From a phage, in assembly GCA_036253495.1 (NCBI GenBank), contig GCA_036253495.1_4125.1: a stretch of 64,000 nt of DNA; one strand, written 5' to 3'. Positions 9,146 through 17,872 of the stretch are shown one piece after another; position 1 is the stretch's first letter; each line of letters starts with the position of its first letter. Made by a program: the position numbers and the translations under genes. A model generated the notes under the pieces. It ran no database searches. It was not told the DNA's origin and saw only the letters and a list, made by a program, of their open reading frames with translations.

Positions 9146-9499
9146 ATGAGTGATTATCGCATAACAGCAGGTCTTATTGCACGTTTAGTAGATCCAGTAC
9201 CACGAGAAGATTGGGAATCTATCACTGACCGTCTGTTTCAAGCAGATGTAAACCTTCATATTTCTTATGATGGTATGCTAGTATATAGTACTGATAAAGA
9301 TGTTACAATGTACGAGTTTGATATTCTCATTGGAGAACCAAGTGACAGTACAGAATTCAGTACTAAATGTGAACGAGAAGGTCTTTGCATTGATACTTCT
9401 TCTATTAAGCCTTATGTATCTTTATGGTATGATGGTGCTGATAGTCCAATGTCAACTACTGAAATCGGTGATTTCCTGAATGCAAATCAAAAAAATTAA
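9146..9499 (+). CDS. hypothetical protein
   Basis: ATG at 9146 preceded by AAGAGG; the listed ORF begins at an upstream TTG. Confidence 0.5.
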   Translation: MSDYRITAGLIARLVDPVPREDWESITDRLFQADVNLHISYDGMLVYSTDKDVTMYEFDILIGEPSDSTEFSTKCEREGLCIDTSSIKPYVSLWYDGADSPMSTTEIGDFLNANQKN

Positions 9500-9872
9500 A
9501 TTCCATCAGCATTGCTCAATTCATGAATGTGATGACTGTGGTATGTGTATGAGTGATATTTTTACAGTTTCCTGTAAAGGATTCAAATTCACACATGGTG
9601 AACCTGCGTATTGTTATGGTACTGAAGAAGGTGATATTGAAGTAGTACTGAAAGAGTTGTTCCAGTACTTGCAAAGTGCAGGGCATGATGTTACAATGCC
9701 CACATATTATGAAGATGAATATGACACTCATGTGGAAGAAAACATTTACTATAATCAATTCGTTTATGGTAATGGTTTTATCACATACCTTCACGAGAAT
9801 GGTATTGAGGTAAAAACTAAGTACACAAGTGACGATTATGATGATGATAATTCTATGGAGATTGAAGATTGA
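9480..9872 (+). CDS. hypothetical Cys/His-rich protein (possible metal-binding)
   Basis: N-terminal HxHCxxHECDDCGMC cluster; start codon uncertain. Confidence 0.45.
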   Translation: MQIKKIKFHQHCSIHECDDCGMCMSDIFTVSCKGFKFTHGEPAYCYGTEEGDIEVVLKELFQYLQSAGHDVTMPTYYEDEYDTHVEENIYYNQFVYGNGFITYLHENGIEVKTKYTSDDYDDDNSMEIED

Positions 9873-10438
9873 AAGCAAAAGACTTAGCAGCACTGTTGAT
9901 GCAGAATCCTGAAATGGAAGTGTATCATGAGCACATGCACATTGATGATATGTGTGAGGTTTACTATTCTGCTGAAAATGTCACTGGTATTGAAATTACT
10001 CCAAGTGGTGTATTCATCAGTACTGAACGTGTTGATTTCAATTCCCAGCAAGAAATCAAAACTCCACATAATAAACCTCGCATTGGTGCTATTGACCTAG
10101 TATTTCATCAGGACCGTTTGGTAGAATATGATGAAGACGATGGTACTACCAGAACTGATGTTGAGAATGTTGTTTTTCGTTTTTATAATGCATACGAAGA
10201 CCCAACTACTGGGGAAGACTTCTTCCGTGAGCTATTCGAGGATGGTCAAGTTTATGGTCAGGATGGAACAGTTTTTGTTCTGGACCCTAACTATGAGCCA
10301 GATCACAATACATGGCAATTCTATACACCACAAGATGTAATGGAAGTTAAAGTACTGACTTCTGTTGACGATGCGTGGAATCCAGTATATACTTCAATGA
10401 CCTTTGAAGAAGCACGTAATTTCTTTGTAAACAAATAA
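9869..10438 (+). CDS. hypothetical acidic protein
   Basis: ORF; TTG/ATG start ambiguous. Confidence 0.45.
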   Translation: MKAKDLAALLMQNPEMEVYHEHMHIDDMCEVYYSAENVTGIEITPSGVFISTERVDFNSQQEIKTPHNKPRIGAIDLVFHQDRLVEYDEDDGTTRTDVENVVFRFYNAYEDPTTGEDFFRELFEDGQVYGQDGTVFVLDPNYEPDHNTWQFYTPQDVMEVKVLTSVDDAWNPVYTSMTFEEARNFFVNK

Positions 10439-10453
10439 TAAGGATTCAAATAT

Positions 10454-10735
10454 ATGAAAATTGTTGGCGTAGCATGGATGTTGATGAATGATGGTACTAA
10501 AGGCTTTGAAGAATATGCAATCCTTGAAAATGTAAATGATTTAAAGCATTTCAAGAAAACCACTGACGATGATACATTCGATATCGTCTATACGTACCAG
10601 CTTATCCCTAATGACACAGACTACGAAGCATTTGAGTATGATTCTGATTTGTTTAACTCTGTAATTATGGATTCAGCAGAGTCCCTTGATGAAAATGCAG
10701 TACTTCTAATGTTGAGTACAGTACCAGCAATGTAG
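10454..10735 (+). CDS. hypothetical protein
   Basis: ORF with RBS-like AAGGA upstream. Confidence 0.45.
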   Translation: MKIVGVAWMLMNDGTKGFEEYAILENVNDLKHFKKTTDDDTFDIVYTYQLIPNDTDYEAFEYDSDLFNSVIMDSAESLDENAVLLMLSTVPAM

Positions 10736-10742
10736 AGGTTTT

Positions 10743-11240
10743 ATGTATACAATTATATTATTGCGTAGTTCATATGGTGAATCTGATTGTGCAACTGATG
10801 GTATAATGAGTTTTGATTACGCACATAGTACATCAGATGCGATTGATACCATTAAAGAGATTGTACGAACTGAACATTACCGTGTACGTTCTGAACCATC
10901 GAATGCATTTGCCGATATTGCAATCACTGCCTTGTATAATGGTAAAGTTTTTAGTACGTACCCACAATATTCTGAAGATATCTATATAGTTGCTGAAGCA
11001 CCAGAATTCAGTACTGAAGAAGAAAAGTACATTTTCAATGTTGGTGATATAATGTTTTCAGAAAGTAAGAAAATCACAAAAAATCATGCTTTCTGTGAAC
11101 GAATTAAAAACGAAGAAAATGTATTAGGTATAAAGTTAAAAACACTATATTCTAATAGCTTACTTGAAGAACAAGAACGTAAACGTCTTACTGAACTAAT
11201 GGAAAAGTATCCTGATATGGTGAAAAATTATGGCACTTAG
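10743..11240 (+). CDS. hypothetical protein
   Basis: ORF; no motif recognised. Confidence 0.5.
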   Translation: MYTIILLRSSYGESDCATDGIMSFDYAHSTSDAIDTIKEIVRTEHYRVRSEPSNAFADIAITALYNGKVFSTYPQYSEDIYIVAEAPEFSTEEEKYIFNVGDIMFSESKKITKNHAFCERIKNEENVLGIKLKTLYSNSLLEEQERKRLTELMEKYPDMVKNYGT

Positions 11241-11565
11241 AGGTAGTAAGAAATATAATGCTTTTGAAACATACGTTTCGAAAGATGGAAAACTACACCG
11301 AGATTTAAAGCCTGAGTGTAAGGTATTACTTGATACAGTGCGTGATGCACCTTATGGTGGTAAACGCCGCAAATTGATTTATGAAATTCTGAAAAGCGGT
11401 GCAGAATTACAGGTTAATGGTAAACATTGTGTCCAAACGAAGAATGATCCTGATATTTTACGTCTTCTTAAAGAAGGTAAGATTGAAATGTTCAATGAAG
11501 GTGTTTCTTATTACGGACAAAGAGTAAAATGTAAACATACTTTTTTGAGAATTAAAAATGGATGA
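11230..11565 (+). CDS. hypothetical protein
   Basis: ORF overlapping the upstream stop. Confidence 0.45.
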   Translation: MALRGSKKYNAFETYVSKDGKLHRDLKPECKVLLDTVRDAPYGGKRRKLIYEILKSGAELQVNGKHCVQTKNDPDILRLLKEGKIEMFNEGVSYYGQRVKCKHTFLRIKNG

Positions 11566-11728
11566 AACAGATATAGAATTACTAATTCAAAATAATCTTA
11601 GTGTAGAAATAGAATCAGAAGATGTAGAACTGTGGAATAGTGATGGTAGTACTTCACCACATAAACGCATTACTGTAAAATTACTATACGGAGGTAGTGT
11701 AATTAGTACAACAGAAACAAGTTTATAA
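11558..11728 (+). CDS. small acidic hypothetical protein (56 aa)
   Basis: Unlisted short ORF filling the gap before tk; ATG overlaps the upstream stop. Confidence 0.25.
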   Translation: MDETDIELLIQNNLSVEIESEDVELWNSDGSTSPHKRITVKLLYGGSVISTTETSL

Positions 11729-11742
11729 ACTAAGGATTGGTT

Positions 11743-12327
11743 ATGGGTAAACTTATTTTCTTTAGTGGGAGTATGTCATCAGGAAAGAGTACACATCTTT
11801 TACAGAACGCATATAACCACAAGAAGAACGGGATGAAAGTCATCTACTTAACGAGTGCATTAGATGATCGTTATGGTACTGGTAAAATAACATCGAGAAT
11901 CGGTATAGAATCTGAAGCTCAAGTTATTCCAAAAGATGACCTAAGCGTTATTCATGACGTAATAAAACTATTACAGGTTGACAATGATTATAATAGTATC
12001 TACGTTGATGAATGTCAGTTTTTAAATCGAAAACAAATTGATTTATTAGCCGATATTGCTGATGAGCATATGGTTGATGTATATTGTTATGGTATTAAAA
12101 CCGATTTTGAATCAAATACATTTGAAGGTTCTCAAAGGTTATTTGAAATAGCAGATGAGATCCATGAATTAAAGAACGTATGTGAAAATCAAAAGTGCGG
12201 AAGAAATGCTATAATGAATGCTCGCATCGTAGATAGTACTGATAAAGTGTTTATTGGTGGTGATGAATCATATAAGAGCCTGTGTAGAAAATGTTATAAA
12301 AACTATATGAGGAATAAAAATGGTTGA
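11743..12327 (+). CDS. tk: thymidine kinase
   Basis: P-loop FFSGSMSSGKST, IYVDECQF Walker B-like segment and C-terminal Cys zinc ribbon; ATG at 11743 after an AAGGA RBS. Confidence 0.85.
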   Translation: MGKLIFFSGSMSSGKSTHLLQNAYNHKKNGMKVIYLTSALDDRYGTGKITSRIGIESEAQVIPKDDLSVIHDVIKLLQVDNDYNSIYVDECQFLNRKQIDLLADIADEHMVDVYCYGIKTDFESNTFEGSQRLFEIADEIHELKNVCENQKCGRNAIMNARIVDSTDKVFIGGDESYKSLCRKCYKNYMRNKNG

Positions 12328-12553
12328 TAAACTACTTAAAAATATTGCAGTACGCTTGTTGGATGGTTTTGTTGATACAGTGAAACTACTATTCAGTACT
12401 GCAATGAGCATTTTAGTAATATTGATGTTCGCATTAGTATTACATTTCGTACCAGTATGGATTGTAATTACTGCAATTGTCGTTCTACTTATCATCATCT
12501 CGTATTTCACATATCGTGAAGAATTGCAAGAGTTGCTTGATAAAGATGACTAA
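12320..12553 (+). CDS. small membrane protein (holin-like candidate)
   Basis: 77 aa with two hydrophobic TM-like segments and a charged C-terminus. Confidence 0.35.
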   Translation: MVDKLLKNIAVRLLDGFVDTVKLLFSTAMSILVILMFALVLHFVPVWIVITAIVVLLIIISYFTYREELQELLDKDD

Positions 12554-12599
12554 AACTTTATATTCCTCACTATGTGGGGAATATTTTTAAGGTAATATT

Positions 12600-13061
12600 A
12601 TGATTAATCGTGAAATATTGCAATGCTTGTATCGTTTGGTTGATGTTTGTAAAGATACTAATCTATTGAAAATGGATTTTTATGAACACAAAGCTAATAT
12701 ATTAGCTGAAATTCTTGGATATACAAATCCTCAATTCCGATACTATGACGGTGCGATGTTTAGTGCATTTGATGGTAATTATTCAGTCCAATGCGTAGCA
12801 CAAGAGTTATTTTATGTGTGGGATGACACAACGAATTGTCAGGTTATGATCGAAGTTAGATATCCAGATGGGAGTAATACACCAATGGGTGAATATAATA
12901 GATTAGATACATTTTATGCATTACAACCATCCACACCTACACCTGTTCCATATCCTAATATTGAATCTGAAATTATCCATTATGAGATGATTCAGAAATG
13001 TAAATCACTCTCAACTTATGATGAGATATATTTTCCATTAGTTTTTATAGGATCTAAATGA
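12600..13061 (+). CDS. hypothetical protein
   Basis: ORF; no motif recognised. Confidence 0.5.
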   Translation: MINREILQCLYRLVDVCKDTNLLKMDFYEHKANILAEILGYTNPQFRYYDGAMFSAFDGNYSVQCVAQELFYVWDDTTNCQVMIEVRYPDGSNTPMGEYNRLDTFYALQPSTPTPVPYPNIESEIIHYEMIQKCKSLSTYDEIYFPLVFIGSK

Positions 13062-13444
13062 TGAGATGGAAAAAGAGACATACTAAACGATTTACTGAGA
13101 TCGTCAAAAAGTATTATAATTCTAAAGATAGTTTTGCATCTATGTTGTATGAAAGTATTACACCTAGACGTTATCCACAATGCTATGTTAATGTAAGAAA
13201 CAAAAGTAAGAACCGATATACAGTAGAGTTATATGGGGAAGGTACTACATTTCTTGGGACTCGTATTTCAGTACCTTCTTACCTGTACTCAAGAGTTAAA
13301 CGCAGTCGTGTTCAGGGTGTACTAGTCGGATATCAAATGTTGTCCATTGATGAAGTTAATGATAAGCTCACACGAAACTTTTCTTACACAGATTTCGAAA
13401 TTCATGATATAATCTTAGATATCTTATCAGATTTGGGGAATTGA
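13058..13444 (+). CDS. hypothetical protein
   Basis: ORF with ATGA overlap to the upstream gene. Confidence 0.5.
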   Translation: MMRWKKRHTKRFTEIVKKYYNSKDSFASMLYESITPRRYPQCYVNVRNKSKNRYTVELYGEGTTFLGTRISVPSYLYSRVKRSRVQGVLVGYQMLSIDEVNDKLTRNFSYTDFEIHDIILDILSDLGN

Positions 13445-13493
13445 CCGTGGTATACGTAGAAGTCTTTATGTTTGATGTTAAAAAAGGAAAAAA

Positions 13494-13628
13494 ATGATGA
13501 AAGGATTAAAGAAATTTGGATCGGATTTTGTTAAGTGTATTCGCTACACTTATGATGCAAATCCAGAAATGACCGCCATTGTCGGTGTGTTTATTACATT
13601 AGTTGTGTTAAGCTTTGTAGTGGTGTAA
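13494..13628 (+). CDS. small membrane protein (44 aa)
   Basis: Unlisted short ORF with AAGGAAA RBS and a hydrophobic C-terminal segment. Confidence 0.25.
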   Translation: MMKGLKKFGSDFVKCIRYTYDANPEMTAIVGVFITLVVLSFVVV

Positions 13629-13631
13629 AAT

Positions 13632-14042
13632 ATGATTGAAATGGAAGGAACTCTGGTGTATGATCCAGACCGTGGCACTATGAAAAAGAAGAAGGACTTC
13701 TGGTTAGTACTGCAACTTCCATTACAGTTGGTTAGATACTACCAGTACTTCATCAGAACTGATCTCCACATTGATGTTAAAGACCCACAATGGGGAGCAC
13801 ACGTCAGTATTGTTCGTGGTGAAGTGCCACCAAATCCAGAGTACTGGAAAAAGTACGATGGTCAAAAAATTAAAATAAAATTCAATCCTGATATTGTTCA
13901 AGTGAAAGATAAAAAGAAACCAGGCTCGTTCTTTATCATAGAGTTCGATGATGAATTCATTGGACACATTCGCAATGAACTAGGATTACAATCAAAGTAC
14001 TTACGTTATCACCTCACAGTAGGGAGAACGTACTACGACTAA
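13632..14042 (+). CDS. 2H phosphoesterase family protein (Acb1-like / LigT-like candidate)
   Basis: Two H-x-S/T motifs (AHVSIV and YHLTVG) about 70 residues apart in a 136-aa protein. Confidence 0.45.
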   Translation: MIEMEGTLVYDPDRGTMKKKKDFWLVLQLPLQLVRYYQYFIRTDLHIDVKDPQWGAHVSIVRGEVPPNPEYWKKYDGQKIKIKFNPDIVQVKDKKKPGSFFIIEFDDEFIGHIRNELGLQSKYLRYHLTVGRTYYD

Positions 14043-14127
14043 CCTATAGGTTTGTCATACAATTGGCTAAATAAAATGGGTATTAATATACCCATAATTA
14101 TAACCAAAAGAAATATCAAGATTTTAC

Positions 14128-14155
14128 TTGATATGAAATTGAAAGATGCTATACT
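14128..14155 (+). promoter_or_regulatory. sigma70-like promoter (TTGATA-16-TATACT)
   Basis: Hexamers with 16-nt spacing upstream of the lysozyme-like gene. Confidence 0.35.
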
Positions 14156-14289
14156 ACTTACATGTACAGAATGAAAGTTACCTTTTCAGTACTGAAAGTA
14201 TTGTAGAAAGTCCGATGAGGCTTTTGCAAATGGCCTCATAAGCCCTCTTTGTAATTGCTCATCATAACACGCAAACAAAGGAGGCGTTT

Positions 14290-15216
14290 TTGACAATAGC
14301 GATACAAACACCTAAAACTAAGACAGCTATAGGCTTATTAGTTTCACTTGTTATCATCGCTGCGTTTGGATTTTATGGTTTTTCTCAACATGATCGTGCA
14401 TCATCATCGGGCGAAAGTCAGGTGCACAATTTAAAACCGCAAGTTACACAAATTCAAAAGCAGGAATTACCTAAAGGGTATACACCTAAAGTAGTTCCAG
14501 GCAGCGAGAAACATTATACTGTTGAATACGGTGATAGTTATCATTCGATAGCTAAGAAGTTTAAACCGCATAATGTGTTGTTTGAAGATTACGTTACAGT
14601 ATTGAAGAATATCAATCTTAATGCTAAACTTCATACATCGCAGGGTATCTTTATCCCAACAAAAGAGGATTTGAAAGACGTACTGTTACCTGATGTGGTA
14701 GTACTTTTCGATTATAATGATCCTGAAATAGTAGCACACATCAAAGAAGCTGAAGGTTCAATTGAATTTCAGTCCAAGAACAAAAGACGTTTACTTGGGG
14801 GAAAAGTTGGAGTTCCTTTCTACAATTCAAAATTTCATCCTTATAAGGATATGAAAGGTAACTACACAATCGCATATGGTCACTACCTCGGTCCACGTGA
14901 ATCAGATGCTATAAAATATAGGAATGGTATCACAGTTACTGAAGCCCATAACTTGTTACTCACTGATATGAAAAGAATCAATGATGAATTGATTCTATTA
15001 TTGAAGAAGAAAAATGCAACATATCTCACAGTTGAACAACAAATAATACTATTTGATATGGCATTTACTTTAGGTATTAATAAGCTCAATACTTTTAATA
15101 AGTTATGGAAAAGTGTTGAAAAAAGGAATGCAAAAAAGTTTAAAAAAGAAATTAAGAATTCACTATGGTATAGACAAGTTGGGAAACGTGGGGAATTATT
15201 AGTTAATAATTTGTAA
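14290..15216 (+). CDS. membrane-anchored LysM plus T4-lysozyme-like (GH24-like) protein
   Basis: TTG start 7 nt after AAGGAGG; N-terminal TM; LysM-like YTVEYGDSYHSIAKKF; C-terminal YKDMKGNYTIAYGH...WYRQ resembles the T4 lysozyme core. Confidence 0.6.
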   Translation: MTIAIQTPKTKTAIGLLVSLVIIAAFGFYGFSQHDRASSSGESQVHNLKPQVTQIQKQELPKGYTPKVVPGSEKHYTVEYGDSYHSIAKKFKPHNVLFEDYVTVLKNINLNAKLHTSQGIFIPTKEDLKDVLLPDVVVLFDYNDPEIVAHIKEAEGSIEFQSKNKRRLLGGKVGVPFYNSKFHPYKDMKGNYTIAYGHYLGPRESDAIKYRNGITVTEAHNLLLTDMKRINDELILLLKKKNATYLTVEQQIILFDMAFTLGINKLNTFNKLWKSVEKRNAKKFKKEIKNSLWYRQVGKRGELLVNNL

Positions 15217-15220
15217 TTAT

Positions 15221-15244
15221 AGGGATGTTTAACATCCCTTTTTA
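15221..15244 (+). terminator. rho-independent terminator
   Basis: agggatg-tttaa-catccct hairpin followed by TTTT. Confidence 0.6.
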
Positions 15245-15260
15245 ATCGGAGTTTTAGATT

Positions 15261-15893
15261 ATGCTATATAATATTGGTATTATGGACGTACCTGGTGATG
15301 GTAACATAAAATCTCCTGATAATAAAATATATAAAACATGGTGTTCAATCTTTGTTAGATGCTATTCGCCAATATCACTAAAAAAACGCCCAACGTATGA
15401 ATTAACCGAAGTATGTGATGAATGGAAACTATATTCAAACTTCAAAAAATGGTATATAAGTAATTATATAGAAGGTTACTTTCTTGATAAAGATATTATT
15501 GATGGTACTTCTAATATTTACTCACCATATACTTGCTCGTTTGTTCCAAACATTATAAATTGTTGTATTTTGGATGGGAATTCAAAAAACTCTAATCTAC
15601 CAATTGGTGTTCATTATAGACCGAAAGGGAAAGATATGGTCAACGAATTTTCGAATCCATATCAAGCAAGACTCTGGAAATATAAAAAACGTGTATCACT
15701 CGGATGTTATCCTACACCATATGATGCACATAAAGCGTGGCAATTTGGTAAGAAAGAATACTTATTAGAATTGATTAACGACTATAGTGATAAAGTTACC
15801 CCTGAAGTTGTTGTCGGTTTACAACGTAGAATTGATATACTAACCGATGATATAAAAAAATGTAGAATTACAAATTCAATCAGTAAAATATAG
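15261..15893 (+). CDS. hypothetical protein, possible AP2-like DNA-binding / homing-endonuclease-like
   Basis: GVHYRPKGK...YQARLW...LGCYPTPYDAHKAW resembles the AP2 domain pattern; no HNH catalytic motif seen. Confidence 0.4.
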   Translation: MLYNIGIMDVPGDGNIKSPDNKIYKTWCSIFVRCYSPISLKKRPTYELTEVCDEWKLYSNFKKWYISNYIEGYFLDKDIIDGTSNIYSPYTCSFVPNIINCCILDGNSKNSNLPIGVHYRPKGKDMVNEFSNPYQARLWKYKKRVSLGCYPTPYDAHKAWQFGKKEYLLELINDYSDKVTPEVVVGLQRRIDILTDDIKKCRITNSISKI

Positions 15894-15898
15894 AGAGG

Positions 15899-16237
15899 TT
15901 GTATATGCTAAATCTAGTTATTCAAGGTAATGTTGATATTACTCCAGCAATCCATGACGCAATTCATCAAGAAGCAAACACTCTAAATAAATTTAGTGAT
16001 TCTTCAGTACTGAATATTGGTGTTCATGTGAAAAAAGAGCATAAGACACAGTACGCAGTAACTTTAACATCAGGTGGTAAGTCTGTTACTGCCGATGATG
16101 CAGATTTATACAAGGCGATTGTCGATTCATTCGAAAAAATGGAAACTGTATTCAGTAAAGACAAAAGCATTAAATTGCACCGCCGAAACCATCCAGACCG
16201 TCCAGTTGTAGTTGATGTAACTGACGAAGAAGAGTAA
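15899..16237 (+). CDS. hypothetical protein
   Basis: ORF followed by a terminator. Confidence 0.5.
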   Translation: MYMLNLVIQGNVDITPAIHDAIHQEANTLNKFSDSSVLNIGVHVKKEHKTQYAVTLTSGGKSVTADDADLYKAIVDSFEKMETVFSKDKSIKLHRRNHPDRPVVVDVTDEEE

Positions 16238-16246
16238 TATAACAAA

Positions 16247-16274
16247 GGGACAGATTAATTCTGTCCCTTTTCTT
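16247..16274 (+). terminator. rho-independent terminator
   Basis: gggacag-attaatt-ctgtccc hairpin followed by TTTTCTT. Confidence 0.6.
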
Positions 16275-16288
16275 ATGGAGTTTTAATT

Positions 16289-16699
16289 ATGAATTATGCT
16301 TGGATGGAAATTGTAAAATCTCTCGTATCAACACATGATGTTGATTTACCAGATAGTCTAGTATTTAATAGATGGTACTATCCATATCCAGAGGACCGTA
16401 GGGTTGGAATTGGATTTTTTATTAATGATAAATCTAATTTGATTGGATTAATTGAAGATCTGAAATCCAACGTAGTGTCGTTCTCAATTGAGTTTAATGA
16501 CGATCACATAAAATACTACACCAGTAAAATGGACGAAGACGATGTTATAATCCCTATGGATATAGATGAAGCTTCATTTTTTCAGTTATCATTGATTTAT
16601 GATCTATCTAACATTACTTATGATAATGTGAAAGACCTTTTTATATTGTACAATAAAATGTATAATTACTTTTTAAGACCTTTTTATATTGTACAATAA
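16289..16699 (+). CDS. hypothetical protein
   Basis: ORF; its 3' end runs into a 43-bp tandem duplication. Confidence 0.5.
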   Translation: MNYAWMEIVKSLVSTHDVDLPDSLVFNRWYYPYPEDRRVGIGFFINDKSNLIGLIEDLKSNVVSFSIEFNDDHIKYYTSKMDEDDVIIPMDIDEASFFQLSLIYDLSNITYDNVKDLFILYNKMYNYFLRPFYIVQ

Positions 16700-16718
16700 A
16701 ATGTATAATTACTTTTTA
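16633..16718. repeat. perfect 43-bp tandem duplication (2 copies)
   Basis: agacctttttatattgtacaataaaatgtataattacttttta at 16633-16675 is repeated exactly at 16676-16718. Confidence 0.9.
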
Positions 16719-16734
16719 TAACAGAGGTATAGTG

Positions 16735-16920
16735 ATGGAATATACAATAGGTGCAATAGTATGTATCGCAGCATTATTAGGTGGCATTGGTGTGATGATT
16801 TACTTTGATGCAGAACCCAGTACTGAAATGGGTACAACCCTGGAACTCAAACCTGGCATTAAGGTGAACGACTCTTACTGTTACGATCCACATAGTAATA
16901 AGTATGTGATTTGTTTATGA
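16735..16920 (+). CDS. small membrane protein
   Basis: ATG at 16735 after AGAGG; one hydrophobic TM-like segment. Confidence 0.4.
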   Translation: MEYTIGAIVCIAALLGGIGVMIYFDAEPSTEMGTTLELKPGIKVNDSYCYDPHSNKYVICL

Positions 16921-17327
16921 AAAAGTTTAATATTAAACCGATATTTGATGCTATCGAAATTAAATTGAAAGACCAACGAAAACCCGATGGTACTGGTTTA
17001 TTCTTTAGTTTAGATAGAACCTACGTTGAAACACATGTATCAAGTTTTGATAGAACTGGTAATCTTTTCATCCGTTCATATAACATGTTTTATAGTGAAG
17101 ATGTTTTTATGATAGATATCACTTTAGATGAAAGTATAGGTTTGATGTACATTGAAGATGTTCAATCAAACGATCAACGAAACGGCACACTTCCTATTGG
17201 TGCTACCGAGGAAGAGTTTATGCAATATCAGTTCATTGATGATACCTTTGGTATTGACTTTGTGACATATCAGAGTATAATGCGTGTATACGAACAGTAT
17301 GAGGATTACGTAATTGGACGTTACTAA
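16917..17327 (+). CDS. hypothetical protein, tandem paralog family B copy 1
   Basis: Shares the C-terminal QYxFIDDTFGID(F/Y) motif with the next ORF. Confidence 0.5.
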   Translation: MKKFNIKPIFDAIEIKLKDQRKPDGTGLFFSLDRTYVETHVSSFDRTGNLFIRSYNMFYSEDVFMIDITLDESIGLMYIEDVQSNDQRNGTLPIGATEEEFMQYQFIDDTFGIDFVTYQSIMRVYEQYEDYVIGRY

Positions 17328-17736
17328 AATACCCAAATTCAACGAAACGTTAAAGTACTTTTCTGAACAAGAGTTCAGTACTGAAAGACGTGGTTTAGTC
17401 ACATACAACCAATATCGCGTAATGTATACTAACCAGTTACAAGGAACAGTACGTATTAAAATCCGTAATGCATATGATGATGGTGATGAATTATTAATTA
17501 TACTAAGAAAAAGTAAGATAGAACTACAATACCATAGATTTGATACTTCCGATGAGTTTGCATGGAATGTGTTAGAAAAAAAAGCAGGTTCATTGCCTGT
17601 AGTTGATGATGGACCTGAAGTACTGGCCCAGTATATGTTCATTGATGACACATTTGGTATTGACTATTCTTCATTTCAGTATATACTATCTATACATAAA
17701 CAATATGAATCCCGCTTGCGTGACAGATTAATTTAA
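17314..17736 (+). CDS. hypothetical protein, tandem paralog family B copy 2
   Basis: Paralog of 16917..17327; probable TTG start after GAGGA. Confidence 0.45.
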   Translation: MDVTKIPKFNETLKYFSEQEFSTERRGLVTYNQYRVMYTNQLQGTVRIKIRNAYDDGDELLIILRKSKIELQYHRFDTSDEFAWNVLEKKAGSLPVVDDGPEVLAQYMFIDDTFGIDYSSFQYILSIHKQYESRLRDRLI

Positions 17737-17872
17737 TTGGAGGCTTTATGATTGCAATGTTAGAAGAAGATTGGGGTGTTTCTGAACAAGGAACCGACGA
17801 ATATCAAGTTCCAGAATACAAGCCAAAAGGCTTCTGGGAAAGTCTGCGTGATTGGTTGATGGGAGAATAAGA

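Noticed and set aside
14076-14095. Apparent 20-bp perfect palindrome atgggtattaatatacccat upstream of the lysozyme-like gene
   Set aside because: On checking it is an imperfect inverted repeat (7-bp stems atgggta/tacccat with a 6-nt loop), not a perfect palindrome; too weak to call an operator.
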